DNA of 64,000 nucleotides from an uncultured Gammaproteobacteria bacterium (GCA_964355955.1 CAYHFQ010000003.1:31777-95776); one strand, 5' to 3'. Shown: positions 17,373-28,276, counted from the first letter of the stretch. Numbers and translations: made by a program. Notes: generated by a model from the sequence alone, not told the origin.

Positions 17373-18017
17373 TTAGTTAGTGGGAATGGTGAAAAGTTTA
17401 CCTGGGCCGTTCGGGTTGTAACCACCGCTGACTTCCGCGCCGTCAGCATAGCCGTCGCCGTCGGTGTCTGCTTTGAGCGGGTCGGTGCCGTAAACTTTGA
17501 GTTCTTCCCTGTCGCCCAAACCGTCACCGTCAGTGTCTGGTTTGCTTGACGAGGTGCCGGCCGCGAGTTCTTCTGCGTTAGTGAGGCCGTCGCCGTCGCT
17601 GTCCAAGAAAGAGGCTTGGTTGGCTGGCGGGGTGGCAGGTTGGCTGGGTGGCGGGGTGGTAGCTGCTGGCTCGGTAACCGGTGGAGTGACAACAGAATCA
17701 CTTGGAACGCTCTGCACAACACCGCCAGTGTTGGCAGTTTGCGACATAATGCGCCAAGCAACGAAGGCGGCACCGCCGACTAAGACGATGACGACGACGA
17801 GGATGAGGACAGCTTTCAAGAGGTGACGGCTGCGTGGCGCAACGTAGGTTTCCATGACAGGCTCTGGCATCGGCCGGGCCGAAGGAGGTGACATGATCGG
17901 TGAGCCGTTACTAGGGCGAGATTGCGGAGTTGGCGAGGCGAGACCGTCAAACATATCCTCCACCGGCTTGGCAGGAGTTACTGGAGATTCAGGAGCTGCT
18001 GGCTGTTCGTCGAACAT
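17373..18017 (-). CDS. Single-pass membrane protein with C-terminal calcium-binding DxDxDG repeats (DSDGDGLTNAEE, DTDGDGLGDREE, DTDGDGYADGAE).
   Basis: ORF translation. Confidence 0.5.
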   Translation of the reverse strand: MFDEQPAAPESPVTPAKPVEDMFDGLASPTPQSRPSNGSPIMSPPSARPMPEPVMETYVAPRSRHLLKAVLILVVVIVLVGGAAFVAWRIMSQTANTGGVVQSVPSDSVVTPPVTEPAATTPPPSQPATPPANQASFLDSDGDGLTNAEELAAGTSSSKPDTDGDGLGDREELKVYGTDPLKADTDGDGYADGAEVSGGYNPNGPGKLFTIPTN

Positions 18018-18026
18018 AGGAAATAT

Positions 18027-18845
18027 TTATGGTTTGAGCGGATCGTGGCCGTTGGCGATCTCTACACTATCGTCGTAACCGTCGCCGTCCGTGTCCGCTT
18101 TTTGGTCGCTCGTGCCGTACTTGAATTCCTCAGCTAGGCTAAGGCCGTCATGGTCGGCGTCGATGGAAGTGAAGACGTCATGACAACTGGCGGCAAAGTC
18201 AGCGCTGAGAGTGTCGCAACCGGCTGGGTTACCGGCGGCAATGGCTGCTTCCAAGGCGGCCTGCTGGTCGCACTGATCTTCCGCGATGCCGTAAGTGCTA
18301 CAGGTACCAGCAGCTAGAATAGCCGGCAACATTTGAGCTTGGCAGCTGGCCTGACGTCTGGCTTCTTTGATGAGGTCACAAAGTTTGTAATCCTGAGCGT
18401 CGACCGCCAACAAGAAAGTGACCATGTCCTGACAGTTGCCTTTGACGTCGCCTGGCAAGGCGTCGCAAGTTTTAATCTCCTTGGTGTCGCGGGCGATGAG
18501 ATTGACGCAGTTGTTGTAGGCGGCGTCGGCTAGGCCTTCACAAGCGGTAGGGGCAGCGGCCTGACGAGCCAGATTGGACTGTGTTCGCTCGGCACAGGCG
18601 GCTGGATCCTTCTCCTGACTACAATCGGCGACTGCTTGATCAATGCGATCTTTAACGGACACGACCGAGCTTGGGACGGCGGAGTTAAGGGAATTGAGAA
18701 TGAAGATGACAATGAGAGCCACGACTGCCCCACCGACCACAATACCACCGCCGAGGAACAGCTGGTTACGGCGAACCTGGAACCACTTTTTAGGTGGTTC
18801 TGGCGGTAGGCCTGGGGTGAAGTATTGTGGCTCTAAAGTATTCAT
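18027..18845 (-). CDS. Single-pass membrane protein with a Cys-rich ectodomain and C-terminal DADHDGLSLAEE / DTDGDGYDDSVE repeats.
   Basis: ORF translation. GGAGG of element E2 lies 10 nt upstream of the ATG. Confidence 0.5.
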   Translation of the reverse strand: MNTLEPQYFTPGLPPEPPKKWFQVRRNQLFLGGGIVVGGAVVALIVIFILNSLNSAVPSSVVSVKDRIDQAVADCSQEKDPAACAERTQSNLARQAAAPTACEGLADAAYNNCVNLIARDTKEIKTCDALPGDVKGNCQDMVTFLLAVDAQDYKLCDLIKEARRQASCQAQMLPAILAAGTCSTYGIAEDQCDQQAALEAAIAAGNPAGCDTLSADFAASCHDVFTSIDADHDGLSLAEEFKYGTSDQKADTDGDGYDDSVEIANGHDPLKP

Positions 18846-18849
18846 AAAT

Positions 18850-18883
18850 GCCCCCTCCTAACTCCCCCATAACTGGGGGAGGG
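18850..18883. repeat. 35-nt GC-rich palindromic element (E2). It fills the 44-nt spacer between the giant-gene stop and the next start codon, and its AGGAGGGGG segment serves as the Shine-Dalgarno sequence.
   Basis: CCCCCTCCTAACTCCCCCATAACTGGGGGAGGG on the plus strand. The minus-strand sense is ...GGAGTTAGGAGGGGGCATTTATG. Confidence 0.65.
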
Positions 18884-18889
18884 TTTTAA

Positions 18890-21800
18890 TTACGGTGAAC
18901 AGTAGTTGAACTTGACGTTGCTGATGTTGACTTGGCCCTCGCCGGCGAAGGTGACGCGAAGTGGAAGAGTTTGTTCGGCGGACTGATCGCAGATGAAACC
19001 TTCTGGCCAAGGGATAGCCACACCGGTGCCCTCCATGACTGAACCCGAGGTAGTAGTGCCGCCGGAAGTGACGAGTGTAAAGGTAGGTTGAGTGATGGAG
19101 GCGACGATTGAGTTATAAGCGTCGGTGATGGCACTGGATGAGCTGCCGTGGTAGGCGTAGTCGATACTGGTGAGGTTGTTTGGCTGTGTTCTATCCACTG
19201 TGTAAATGGCGGGATCGTTACTCGACCAACCAGCAACCGTGCGGATGAAGCTGCTCGAGGTGGTCAAAGCGATGGTGTAGAGTTCGTAATCTGGAATATC
19301 ATCACCGTTCTCGTCGACGCCCTTAATAATATCGGCAGCGTCGGTCGTCGCGGCTGGATCATTGGCCTCGCCATCAGTCAAAAGGACAACTATTTTACGA
19401 GCATTAGTAACGGAACTTTGTGCATCAAGAAGGGTTTTAGCGGCATCAAGTCCTAGGTCCGTAGGCGTACCGCCATCGGCATCATAAAGATCGATATAGC
19501 CAGCGTATTCAGCCTCGGCAGTTGAGTCGGCGAAGGCTCTGGTAGTAACCTCTGTAACTTCCGTACAAGATGTATCTGTACTTAAGCAGCCACCTCGGTA
19601 TGTGACTAGCCCGACATGCATGTTATCTACGGAATAAAGTGCAGACAATGAGTTGGTCAGTCCCTCTTTAGCAGCATTCAACCGAGCAGATGAACCGTCT
19701 ACACGCCCATCGAAGCTCCAATTCATCGAGTTTGACAGATCCGTCACGAAAACGACGTAAACATCTGGTGCAGTCACGTTATCGAGCGAGACGTCCGCCG
19801 TGAGGGTAGCACCCAAGCGACAAGCTGGGAAGGTGATGGTAGCCGCGTTCGGAAGGTCGGAAGTGGTGCTGTCGGTGTAAGAGTAGAGGTCGACGCTGCT
19901 CGATGAGGCAGCACCTGGTTGGTTGTCGGTCATCAGCATGGCGTCGGAGAGATATGTTTCTGGGCAGGTGCTGTTACAGCTGCTGGCACAGACTGGGAAC
20001 TGACAGTCGTTGCTTGAACAGTCAGCATCCGAGAGACAAGCGACACCGAGGCCACGAGCGGTGTCTGTGCTGTCGCCGCCATTACATTGGCCGACGGTTT
20101 GGCAGACCTCGTTTTCGTTAGCAGTGCCATCGGAATTAAGATCAACCGAGAAACGCTGGCCGTTATAAGTACAAGAATTGGAACCGACTAGAGTATAGCT
20201 AGTACCGGTGCTCGTGGCGTCGTCCCATACTTGAATAGGGGAAGAATCAGAGACCAGGCGAATAGCTGGAACGTAGGAGTTTGGCAGATCGTAAGCGTCG
20301 CAGTACTCGTCGCCGTTCGCCACGCCGTCGCCGCAGAATTCACCAGAGAGGCTGGTGTACTTACAGCTGACGGAACAGGCGGTACAGGTGGATTCGTAAG
20401 CACTGGTACAGCCGGCGCCGTTGTTTACGCCCTCGTCACACTGCTCGGTTTCGAGTTCCAAGTAACCGTCGCCGCAGACGTTGGTTTTACACTGGTTGGT
20501 GCAGGTGTCGCCGGAGTCCGTGTTGCCGTCGTCACATTCTTCACCGGTATCGACCACGCCGTCGCCGCAGTTATTGAGAGCTTTGCAAGTAATGCCCTGG
20601 TAACCAGTAGCTGCATCCGTCCAGTTACAGGTGCCGCCGCTAGCCCCGTCGTCATCACAAACGCGAGTGCGGTAGGTTTGATAAGTGTTGTTTGAACAGG
20701 TGCCGCCAGCGCCACAGTCGTCATTAGTAGTACAGGCTTGGCCGACGAGGGTGGCGTCGTCGCTGAATTGGCAGACGGTGGAGACAGCACAGGCTCCAAA
20801 CGCCGGAGACTCCTCACCACCAGCGGTCAATCCACACTTTGGTCGCAAGCTCGTGCGGGATGATGAAGAGGTACCTGCCTCACATTGGCTGTCGGTCTCA
20901 CAAGCCTGGCCAGCCATGGTTCCTGATCTGTCGTTACAGATAGTGCCTTCATAAGAATCGAGGTCGCCATCACAGACTTCCCCGCTGTCGATAACGCCGT
21001 CGCCGCAGTAAGAAGCTGGACCTTGGCAGTCCCAGGCACAGGTGTTGTTCGGGTCAAATTCGTAATCACCATTAACGTAGCTGGCGCTCGTGGTACCGCC
21101 GCAGACATAGTCGACACCGCCAGTAGGACGAGCATATGTGGTGGTAGTCGAGCCACAGTCGCAAACTTCCCCACCGGCCAGGCTGCCGTCGCCGCAGTAG
21201 AAGGCGTCAACCGTAAGTGAGCAACTGGAGCCGCAGTAACCGTAACGTCCGTTCAATGAGCCGTCGTCGCAAGTTTCGCCGAGTGAGGTGTCGGTGACAC
21301 CGTCGCCGCAAGAGGAGACGACGCAGGTGGCCGAGGAGTCCGCGATGAAGGCGGAACAGGTGCTGTCGCAAACTTGAGATTGGATACCATTAGCATCGTC
21401 ATCGACCACGCCGTTAAGATCTGAATCGACCGTCAAGTCGGTATCGCAAGTGGCAGTGTCGCCACCGCGCTGACCGATTTCGCAGGCTTCCCCACCATTA
21501 ACAACGCCGTCGCCGCAGTTGCCGGTGCTGCCGTAAACGGTGGCGCCGTCGCAGAAGACTGCAGTAGTGAAGCCTTCAGCAGTACTGAGCGGGCTCGAGA
21601 CTTGGTACGTTACGGCGTCGTCGGTTGCTGTGTCGTAGTCGTAGTACCAACCAGCGGCTGCGTATTCGAGGTCAGCGTAAAGAGTGTAACTAGCGCTGCC
21701 GCCAGCTTTGTAGTGATAAACATGGCTGCCAGCTGGACAGATGTACTGGCCGTTGGCTTGGTTGACGCAAGTTGCAGAGTCGTAACTAGCTAGAGGATCT

Positions 21801-24800
21801 GCACCACAGCCGAGGAAGGCGTTGAGCGGATCCGCCAGCAATGAAGAATCACCAAGAGCGCCACCGAGCAAGTCCGTCCAAGAACCCCAGACGCTGGCAC
21901 CGAGGCCACGAACGAAGGTGCCAGAAGCGAGAGTCGGTACGTCGGAAGTGGCGTAAGTAGAGCTATAAGTGCTGACTTCGCTGCTGATAGTACGGAGATC
22001 GGACAAGCGCTTGACGTCGCGGGTAAGTTTGATTTTGTTGTTGGCACAAGTTTCGCCAGTGGCACAGTCGGCGTCTGAGGTACAAGATTTAGCCGTGTAG
22101 GCGGAACCGTCGGAACAGAGGGCGACATCGCTGACGTTGACGGCAAAGGAGAGGTTAGCGAGGAGCTGATCGTAAATAGCTTTGGTACTTTCGCTGGCAC
22201 CATCGTTGTAGGAGATGACGTAAATGTTGGGGTAGAGGGTGCTGCCACTCTCGTTAACGGCAGCGATGTAGGTGGTGCGGCCGTCTTGCACAGCCTGGAA
22301 ACCGTCCACGGTAGTAACAGATGGGCTACCCGAGAAACCCTGAGCTGTGAACCAAGCAGCTGGACTCAGGTAGTCGGAGTTGGTGACGACGCGGTAACCA
22401 ATGGCGTCGCCGCTGCCGTCGTCCACCTTGAACAAGTATTCTTTGAGAATGTTATCCGTGATGGAGTAGTCGGCGGCATTTTGGACGGTGAGGGCTGCGT
22501 AGTCGTCGGAGGTATCTTGAGCCACACCAGCGTCGCGGCAGTAGAAGTCTGAGAAGTTCATCCAGCCAGCCGAACCAAGCACGGCACCTTCTGCCAGGCT
22601 GGCGTCATCACTCCACGGGAAGGTGGCAGTCTTGATGTCTGGCCAAGTGTTTTCGCAGAGGAAGGCGATGACTTGATTGGTACCAGCCACGGCGGTGCCC
22701 TCAGAAGTACCAAATTGATCGTAATCGATGGTAGCGGTGGCAAGTACGTTAGCGTCACCGTTCTCACCAACGGCGGCGACCACTGCGGTGTCGGCGGTAT
22801 CAGCAGTTGAACCACCTGCAGTAGTGACGATGGTAGCATTCATGTCTTCTGCCCAAGCCCAGTTCCAGGAATAGACGCCGGAAAGAGATTCGATCGGCTC
22901 GCTCGTGGTGCCGTTATGGGTGTAAGCGGTGGCAGTGAAGTCGTGGCTTTCAGTAGCTTGTGAGAAGTAGCTTGGGCTCTCGGTATCACCGTCGGTTACT
23001 GACACACTATCCAAAGTACAAATTTCGGTACCAGTCGTGAAGTCCTGCCAAGCAAAACCGGCTGGGTTGAACATGGCGACGTCGTTGCTTGAGTGGACGC
23101 CTGGACGGGAGGAGTCGGTGACGTCGGCGTCGGTGATTACTTCCAATGTATAGCGAGCGTTGGCGAGCAACGGAATGTCATAGTGCATGACAACTTTGTA
23201 GTTGGTGACGCCCAAAACGTCGACAGCCTCCTGTGAGAACGAAGTGACCGGGACCACACAGTCGTTAGCGGCAGCTTCGGCGGAACGACCGGTGAATATT
23301 TGACGTACAGAAAGCCAGCCACGGGAATACCAGGCCAAGTGCGAGGTAGCGGCGATAGCTAAACGGGTATGGTCGGCCGGACAGATGTGATCTGGAACTG
23401 AACCTAAGTTGAGTTTAGCAAACATGAGAGGTTGAGCAGTGCCGCCTTCTGGTGTCGACAAGAAAGAGGCTAAGTCCATCTCTGTAGTAAAGAGGCCAGA
23501 AATTTCGGCATTGCGACAAACGTTGCGACCAGTTGGGTGCAAGGTGACGGTTGGGCGGGCCATGCAGCAGTTATTGACGCCAATGCCGACCACTTCCGGG
23601 AGTTCACAGTCGCTGTCTTGCAAAGCAGAACAGACGAGGGTGTAGGTGGAAGGGGTGAGTTCGGTTGAAATACCAGACTGAGGTTCGGTAACGTACATGC
23701 TAGCCACGGCTAAGTTGGTGTCGGGGTCGACTTCTTGAGCAGCCTGGAGGCCGATGGCTGCCAATTGCATGTCGTCGACGTTACTGTCGCCAGAGGAGGC
23801 TTCACAACCAGGGTACTCGCCCTGACCGGTGACGCCGTCGCCGCAGAAGGAAGGAATAGTGTAATCGGTAGAAGAACCAAGGTATGACGTGGCAGCTTCG
23901 GTCAAACAAGTAGCCGAACAGCCGTCACCATCCACACTGTTACCGTCGTCGCAAGTTTCGTAGAAAGGAGTAATAGTAAGGTCGCCGCAACTGGCACCGC
24001 CAATATCCGCTGAGCTAACAGAACCTTCACTCAGACATAATGAAGAACAGCCGTCGCCGTTGGCTACGTTGCCGTCGTCGCAGTCCTCGCCACCGATGGT
24101 GGTCTCGAAAGCGCGGTCATGGTTGCCGCAAGTCGCGTTAACTGAGCGCGAACCCTCGTTCAAACAAGTAGCGGAACAACCGTCGCCACTGCGCGTGTTG
24201 CCGTCGTCGCAGTCTTCGCCAGAATGATCGCCTGCTTGGTCTTGGCGACCATTGCCGCAAAGTGGAGCCCAAGTTGGACCACCGTCGCCACCCTCGCGCA
24301 AACAAGAAGCGGAACAACCGTCGCCGTCGTTAGTGTTGCCGTCTTCACATTCTTCACCGTAGCTGTTGCCAGCCCCGTCACCGATTCTACCGTCGCCACA
24401 AATGGCCGCGTACGGTTGGCTGCCGCCTGGGATACAAAGTGAAGTACAGCCAGCGGTAATACCGCTCTTGTCGGTGTCGACCTGAGCATTTGGCAACCAA
24501 CTAGCAACTTCGATCGAGCTGTTACTGCCGTCGTCGGTCCAGTCGGCAAAGCTCCAGTCGAAACCAGTGGTGGCGAGAAGCTGGCCCGAGGTGGAACAAG
24601 CGTCCATTTCACCGTAAGCGGAAACAGTGAAGTTTTGACGCTCACCAACGGTGTTGGCAGTGGCGGCTTCTGGAGAAACAGCTAAGCGATTAACAGCACA
24701 GACGTCAGTCCCCTCCTTAACGCCAAAGGTCCAGGAATAGTCACCGGTGTAATTGGTGCGGGTGAGAGCGACGCCGCTCGGAGTCGTGACGTCACCGGAG

Positions 24801-27800
24801 ATAACGACGCGATAGAATTTGCCTGGGACGAGATAGGTAGTGGCTGGCAAAACGAGATCGACCTGCTGACAATGAGTAGGAGCATCACTGGCGCAATTAG
24901 CGGCCGTGACTGTGTAGTCTGAGAATTCATCGCCGACGCCGACACTGCATAGTTCGTTAGGACAGGTATAGAGTTTAACTGCACCAGGCGCAACTAAGCT
25001 GACGGCGTCCATATCCGTGTTGAAGCTGGCACCGATTAGACCGTTACGGCAAGCCTCATTACAGCTCGGCCAAAAATCTGCGACGTAAGGATCAGTAAAG
25101 TTAATGGTAAGGACAGCGTTACCCTCAACGGCGCTGGCTCGCTCCTCTGCGGTCACGTCCGTGGTACCTTCAGCGTTGGCTTGAACGAGAGTGCAGCTAG
25201 AATTACCACCAGCGCAAACAGGGTCAGTGCTCGAGGTGAGGCCAGCGATACTATCGTCCACCGTCCAGTCGTAAACGTATTGAGTAGCGTCGAGAACTAC
25301 GCAAGCGTCGCTTGGTAAAGCGTTAAAGATATCGGTATCACCCTCCGCGTCGATGGTAGAAGTAGCTGGCGAAACTGAGACGTTGTTGACGGCACAGGCA
25401 GCACCAGTGCTCGAGACAGTGAAATGCCAAGAGGCGTTGGCAGCCATAGCAATGCCGCCAGGTGAGGAGATGGCAGCCGTGCTGACGGTGACTTTGTAGC
25501 TAGTGGCCGTGAGGAAAGGAGTGTTTGGAATCCAGGTGAAGGTAGTTGGTGAGGAGTCAGAAACCGTGAGGACACCGTCGGCCGTGATATCGGTGCCGCC
25601 AGTACAGGCGTCGCTATTACACTTTTCAATCTTCACAGCATCGTCGATCGTGCCGCGGTTCATGAGTTCTGTGAATTCGGCGTAAACTACGGCCTGTGGA
25701 CAGACTTCTGTAGTGAACGTGGAGTTTGGTACGGCACTGATGCGACCGCCGGCGGCTAAGTCACACTCGGTGACGATGGCTGGCGTGGTTGGAATGGTAC
25801 CAGTTGAGAAATACCACTGGTAAGCGGCTGGGCCAGGAGGATTGGTGGTATCAGTAGTTGAGTCACCGTAAGTGAAGTTGAGCGTGTTACTGGCGACACC
25901 TGAGGCCGAAAGAACCTGAACCGGACCAGAAGTGGCGCCACCTGGGGCCGTGACAGTTATCGTGGTGCTGTTCCAGGTACTCGTCAAGGTAGCTGGAATG
26001 CCGCTGAAGAAATTGACTGTACCGGTGGTAGAGCCGAGACTGCCAGTAATGGTGATAGTGTCCCCCGCCGCGCCAGTGTCTGGCGAGATGGAACAGATGC
26101 CAGGGCTAGGTGCGTTTGAGGTGATAGTAAAATCCGTGAGCGCTGAGGTGGCAGAATTTTGAGCGACGAGATAGATAGCGAAGTTGCTACCAGCGACGAC
26201 TGGGTCGCCGTTTTGGTAGTTAGCTGGCACGATGACCGTGACTTGAGTGTCTGACCAGTAATCAGAACAAGCGGCTGGGAAGCTGACGTCGGCCAAGGCC
26301 TTGTAACCGGAGTCTTTATTTTCGAAGAAAACCTGACCAATGTCGGCACCGAAGTTACTGCCTGTGAGCGTAATGTAGTCGCCGATAGCGGCTGAGGATG
26401 GGCTGATGCTGGCGATTGTCGGGACGGTGGTGACGGCGGTGGCCAGGCTGTAGAGAATAGTATTAGAGGCAACACCGTCGACCGTTACGCCAACCGCATA
26501 ACTGCCGTCACGAGCAGCAGGAGCGGTGACGTTGAGCGAAGTGTCGCTCCAACCGCTGTATGAACTAGCGGCGTTAGTACCGAAAGAGACAGTTGAGGTG
26601 CCCTGCGTGTCACCGAAATCGAGACCAGACAGCACGACCGCGTCGGTTGGTGCACCAGAAGTCGGTAAAAGTGAGCAAAGTTTAGGGTGGATGACATCGT
26701 TAACTACGAAGTCGTCGAAAATCTGACCGTAATCGTCGTTGCTTGAATCACTGAGTGGAGTTGTGCCGCCAGTGGTAATGGTAATTGGACCAGTCACAGC
26801 ACCGTCTGGGACCATGACGACTACGCCGGTCGACGACCAGGTAGCACAAGATGGGATAAGCGCAACGACCGTGCCGCCATCCGCCGCAGTGAAAGTTACA
26901 GTTGGCTGAACTGAGCCGAAGCCGATGCCGGCGATAGTAACAAAAGTACCAACCGCACCAGAGAGCGGTGAAATATCCGTAATTTCTGGTAATTCTGTAC
27001 AGATACCGTCGAGGCAGCTAGAGCTTGGGCCGCAGTCGGCGTCCGTGGTACAGGTGCTGCCAGTGCAAGCACCGCAATAATCTAGGCTGGTGCTATCACC
27101 GCCACAGTTGAGACCGGTTTCGCCGTGACTGGTATCAATTTCCGTATTAAAGCACCAAGGTCCACGCGCTGTAACGTGGATAGTGTCGTCGCTCGTGTTG
27201 CCGGCGATATCGGTGACGGTGGTGGCTAGTTTGTAGCTGGTTGAGTTGACCAAAGCTGTGGTATCCCAGTTGGTGGCAATAGTAGTATCGGCAAGATTGT
27301 CACCGCTCGCGCCAACTGAGTCGAACTGAACGTCTTCCGCGCTAAAACTAGCGTCGGCGACCTGGCTGTCGTCCGTGGCGTGGACCTGAACGAGAGCGGA
27401 AGAACCAGATTCAACGCTGCCGCTCGGGATAGTGATAACGGCGGTTGGGTTAGCAACGTCGACTAAGCTGCCAGTGGTAAAGGAAGATGTACAACTAGTG
27501 GTAGTACAAACAAGAGCATTACCGGTGGTACTCTTAATGGCGGTCGTAGTGGTGACGTTGTAAGTGGTGCCGTCTGGAGCGTCGTAGTCAAAGCAGTAAC
27601 GTGTTTCGTTAGGTGTTGGACAAGCAGCGTTAGGACGGAAGCTGGCGGCGTTGCCGCTAACAGTAATGGTACCGTCGACAATAGCGCCACTCGCGGCGTT
27701 GGTGACTACGAGGTTGCCGTTGAGGGTGGCGGCATCGAGATTTTTGGAGAAAGTAACGCGGAGTAAGATATTGCGGATGGCGACTGGGCCGTCAGGCGAG

Positions 27801-28273
27801 AAATCAGTGACTGTAAATGAAGAGGTGCTGCTGCTACCGCCGAATCCCCCACCACCGCTGCCATTGTCGCCAGTATTACCGCCGCCAGCACCCGTGGCGC
27901 TAATAAGAGCGGAGAGGATGAAGCTGGCAATGGCGAATGAAAGTAAGATGATGGCGAGACCGATGACACCGCGGATCAGAATTTTCTTGGCGCGTTCTAA
28001 CTTTTCTTCGTTGCCAGCGGCGGTCATCCAGGTGAAGCCACCGTAAAGAACAATGAGAACCGAGAGGATGCCGAGAACGCCAATGACGACGCGGATAATG
28101 CGAGCGATGATGATTTTTGGATCCTCCGCCGTGAGGCCAGAGGCAGCGCCGACGTTGGCCAAGCTGTCAGTTACCTGTGCTAGCAGGTGTGGGGTGTGCA
28201 AAAATACGCCAGCCGCAATGAGGCCAAGGACAGAAGGGAGAACGTATTTAAGGCGGAACCAACGCATAGCCAA
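18890..28273 (-). CDS. Giant (3127 aa) cell-surface protein. It has an N-terminal signal/two-helix membrane anchor, beta-rich Ig-like regions, many Myxococcus-type cysteine-rich repeats (CGDGxxxxGExCDDGNxxxGDGCSxxC) and a C-terminal von Willebrand factor A domain (DLSNSM MIDAS motif).
   Basis: Single uninterrupted 9.4 kb ORF. Repeats include ICGDGRIGDGAGNSYGEECEDGNTNDGDGCSASC and NCGDGVVDTGEECDDGNTDSGDTC. The C-terminus has VYVVFVTDLSNSMNW...VVLLTDGEAND. Confidence 0.8.
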   Translation of the reverse strand: MAMRWFRLKYVLPSVLGLIAAGVFLHTPHLLAQVTDSLANVGAASGLTAEDPKIIIARIIRVVIGVLGILSVLIVLYGGFTWMTAAGNEEKLERAKKILIRGVIGLAIILLSFAIASFILSALISATGAGGGNTGDNGSGGGGFGGSSSTSSFTVTDFSPDGPVAIRNILLRVTFSKNLDAATLNGNLVVTNAASGAIVDGTITVSGNAASFRPNAACPTPNETRYCFDYDAPDGTTYNVTTTTAIKSTTGNALVCTTTSCTSSFTTGSLVDVANPTAVITIPSGSVESGSSALVQVHATDDSQVADASFSAEDVQFDSVGASGDNLADTTIATNWDTTALVNSTSYKLATTVTDIAGNTSDDTIHVTARGPWCFNTEIDTSHGETGLNCGGDSTSLDYCGACTGSTCTTDADCGPSSSCLDGICTELPEITDISPLSGAVGTFVTIAGIGFGSVQPTVTFTAADGGTVVALIPSCATWSSTGVVVMVPDGAVTGPITITTGGTTPLSDSSNDDYGQIFDDFVVNDVIHPKLCSLLPTSGAPTDAVVLSGLDFGDTQGTSTVSFGTNAASSYSGWSDTSLNVTAPAARDGSYAVGVTVDGVASNTILYSLATAVTTVPTIASISPSSAAIGDYITLTGSNFGADIGQVFFENKDSGYKALADVSFPAACSDYWSDTQVTVIVPANYQNGDPVVAGSNFAIYLVAQNSATSALTDFTITSNAPSPGICSISPDTGAAGDTITITGSLGSTTGTVNFFSGIPATLTSTWNSTTITVTAPGGATSGPVQVLSASGVASNTLNFTYGDSTTDTTNPPGPAAYQWYFSTGTIPTTPAIVTECDLAAGGRISAVPNSTFTTEVCPQAVVYAEFTELMNRGTIDDAVKIEKCNSDACTGGTDITADGVLTVSDSSPTTFTWIPNTPFLTATSYKVTVSTAAISSPGGIAMAANASWHFTVSSTGAACAVNNVSVSPATSTIDAEGDTDIFNALPSDACVVLDATQYVYDWTVDDSIAGLTSSTDPVCAGGNSSCTLVQANAEGTTDVTAEERASAVEGNAVLTINFTDPYVADFWPSCNEACRNGLIGASFNTDMDAVSLVAPGAVKLYTCPNELCSVGVGDEFSDYTVTAANCASDAPTHCQQVDLVLPATTYLVPGKFYRVVISGDVTTPSGVALTRTNYTGDYSWTFGVKEGTDVCAVNRLAVSPEAATANTVGERQNFTVSAYGEMDACSTSGQLLATTGFDWSFADWTDDGSNSSIEVASWLPNAQVDTDKSGITAGCTSLCIPGGSQPYAAICGDGRIGDGAGNSYGEECEDGNTNDGDGCSASCLREGGDGGPTWAPLCGNGRQDQAGDHSGEDCDDGNTRSGDGCSATCLNEGSRSVNATCGNHDRAFETTIGGEDCDDGNVANGDGCSSLCLSEGSVSSADIGGASCGDLTITPFYETCDDGNSVDGDGCSATCLTEAATSYLGSSTDYTIPSFCGDGVTGQGEYPGCEASSGDSNVDDMQLAAIGLQAAQEVDPDTNLAVASMYVTEPQSGISTELTPSTYTLVCSALQDSDCELPEVVGIGVNNCCMARPTVTLHPTGRNVCRNAEISGLFTTEMDLASFLSTPEGGTAQPLMFAKLNLGSVPDHICPADHTRLAIAATSHLAWYSRGWLSVRQIFTGRSAEAAANDCVVPVTSFSQEAVDVLGVTNYKVVMHYDIPLLANARYTLEVITDADVTDSSRPGVHSSNDVAMFNPAGFAWQDFTTGTEICTLDSVSVTDGDTESPSYFSQATESHDFTATAYTHNGTTSEPIESLSGVYSWNWAWAEDMNATIVTTAGGSTADTADTAVVAAVGENGDANVLATATIDYDQFGTSEGTAVAGTNQVIAFLCENTWPDIKTATFPWSDDASLAEGAVLGSAGWMNFSDFYCRDAGVAQDTSDDYAALTVQNAADYSITDNILKEYLFKVDDGSGDAIGYRVVTNSDYLSPAAWFTAQGFSGSPSVTTVDGFQAVQDGRTTYIAAVNESGSTLYPNIYVISYNDGASESTKAIYDQLLANLSFAVNVSDVALCSDGSAYTAKSCTSDADCATGETCANNKIKLTRDVKRLSDLRTISSEVSTYSSTYATSDVPTLASGTFVRGLGASVWGSWTDLLGGALGDSSLLADPLNAFLGCGADPLASYDSATCVNQANGQYICPAGSHVYHYKAGGSASYTLYADLEYAAAGWYYDYDTATDDAVTYQVSSPLSTAEGFTTAVFCDGATVYGSTGNCGDGVVNGGEACEIGQRGGDTATCDTDLTVDSDLNGVVDDDANGIQSQVCDSTCSAFIADSSATCVVSSCGDGVTDTSLGETCDDGSLNGRYGYCGSSCSLTVDAFYCGDGSLAGGEVCDCGSTTTTYARPTGGVDYVCGGTTSASYVNGDYEFDPNNTCAWDCQGPASYCGDGVIDSGEVCDGDLDSYEGTICNDRSGTMAGQACETDSQCEAGTSSSSRTSLRPKCGLTAGGEESPAFGACAVSTVCQFSDDATLVGQACTTNDDCGAGGTCSNNTYQTYRTRVCDDDGASGGTCNWTDAATGYQGITCKALNNCGDGVVDTGEECDDGNTDSGDTCTNQCKTNVCGDGYLELETEQCDEGVNNGAGCTSAYESTCTACSVSCKYTSLSGEFCGDGVANGDEYCDAYDLPNSYVPAIRLVSDSSPIQVWDDATSTGTSYTLVGSNSCTYNGQRFSVDLNSDGTANENEVCQTVGQCNGGDSTDTARGLGVACLSDADCSSNDCQFPVCASSCNSTCPETYLSDAMLMTDNQPGAASSSSVDLYSYTDSTTSDLPNAATITFPACRLGATLTADVSLDNVTAPDVYVVFVTDLSNSMNWSFDGRVDGSSARLNAAKEGLTNSLSALYSVDNMHVGLVTYRGGCLSTDTSCTEVTEVTTRAFADSTAEAEYAGYIDLYDADGGTPTDLGLDAAKTLLDAQSSVTNARKIVVLLTDGEANDPAATTDAADIIKGVDENGDDIPDYELYTIALTTSSSFIRTVAGWSSNDPAIYTVDRTQPNNLTSIDYAYHGSSSSAITDAYNSIVASITQPTFTLVTSGGTTTSGSVMEGTGVAIPWPEGFICDQSAEQTLPLRVTFAGEGQVNISNVKFNYCSP

Positions 28274-28276
28274 AAA

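Noticed and set aside
18890-28273. Possibility that the many short direct repeats inside the giant gene are a CRISPR array or IS fragments.
   Set aside because: The repeats are in-frame protein repeats (CGDG...CDDGN cysteine-rich modules) within one continuous ORF. There is no repeat-spacer periodicity or cas gene.
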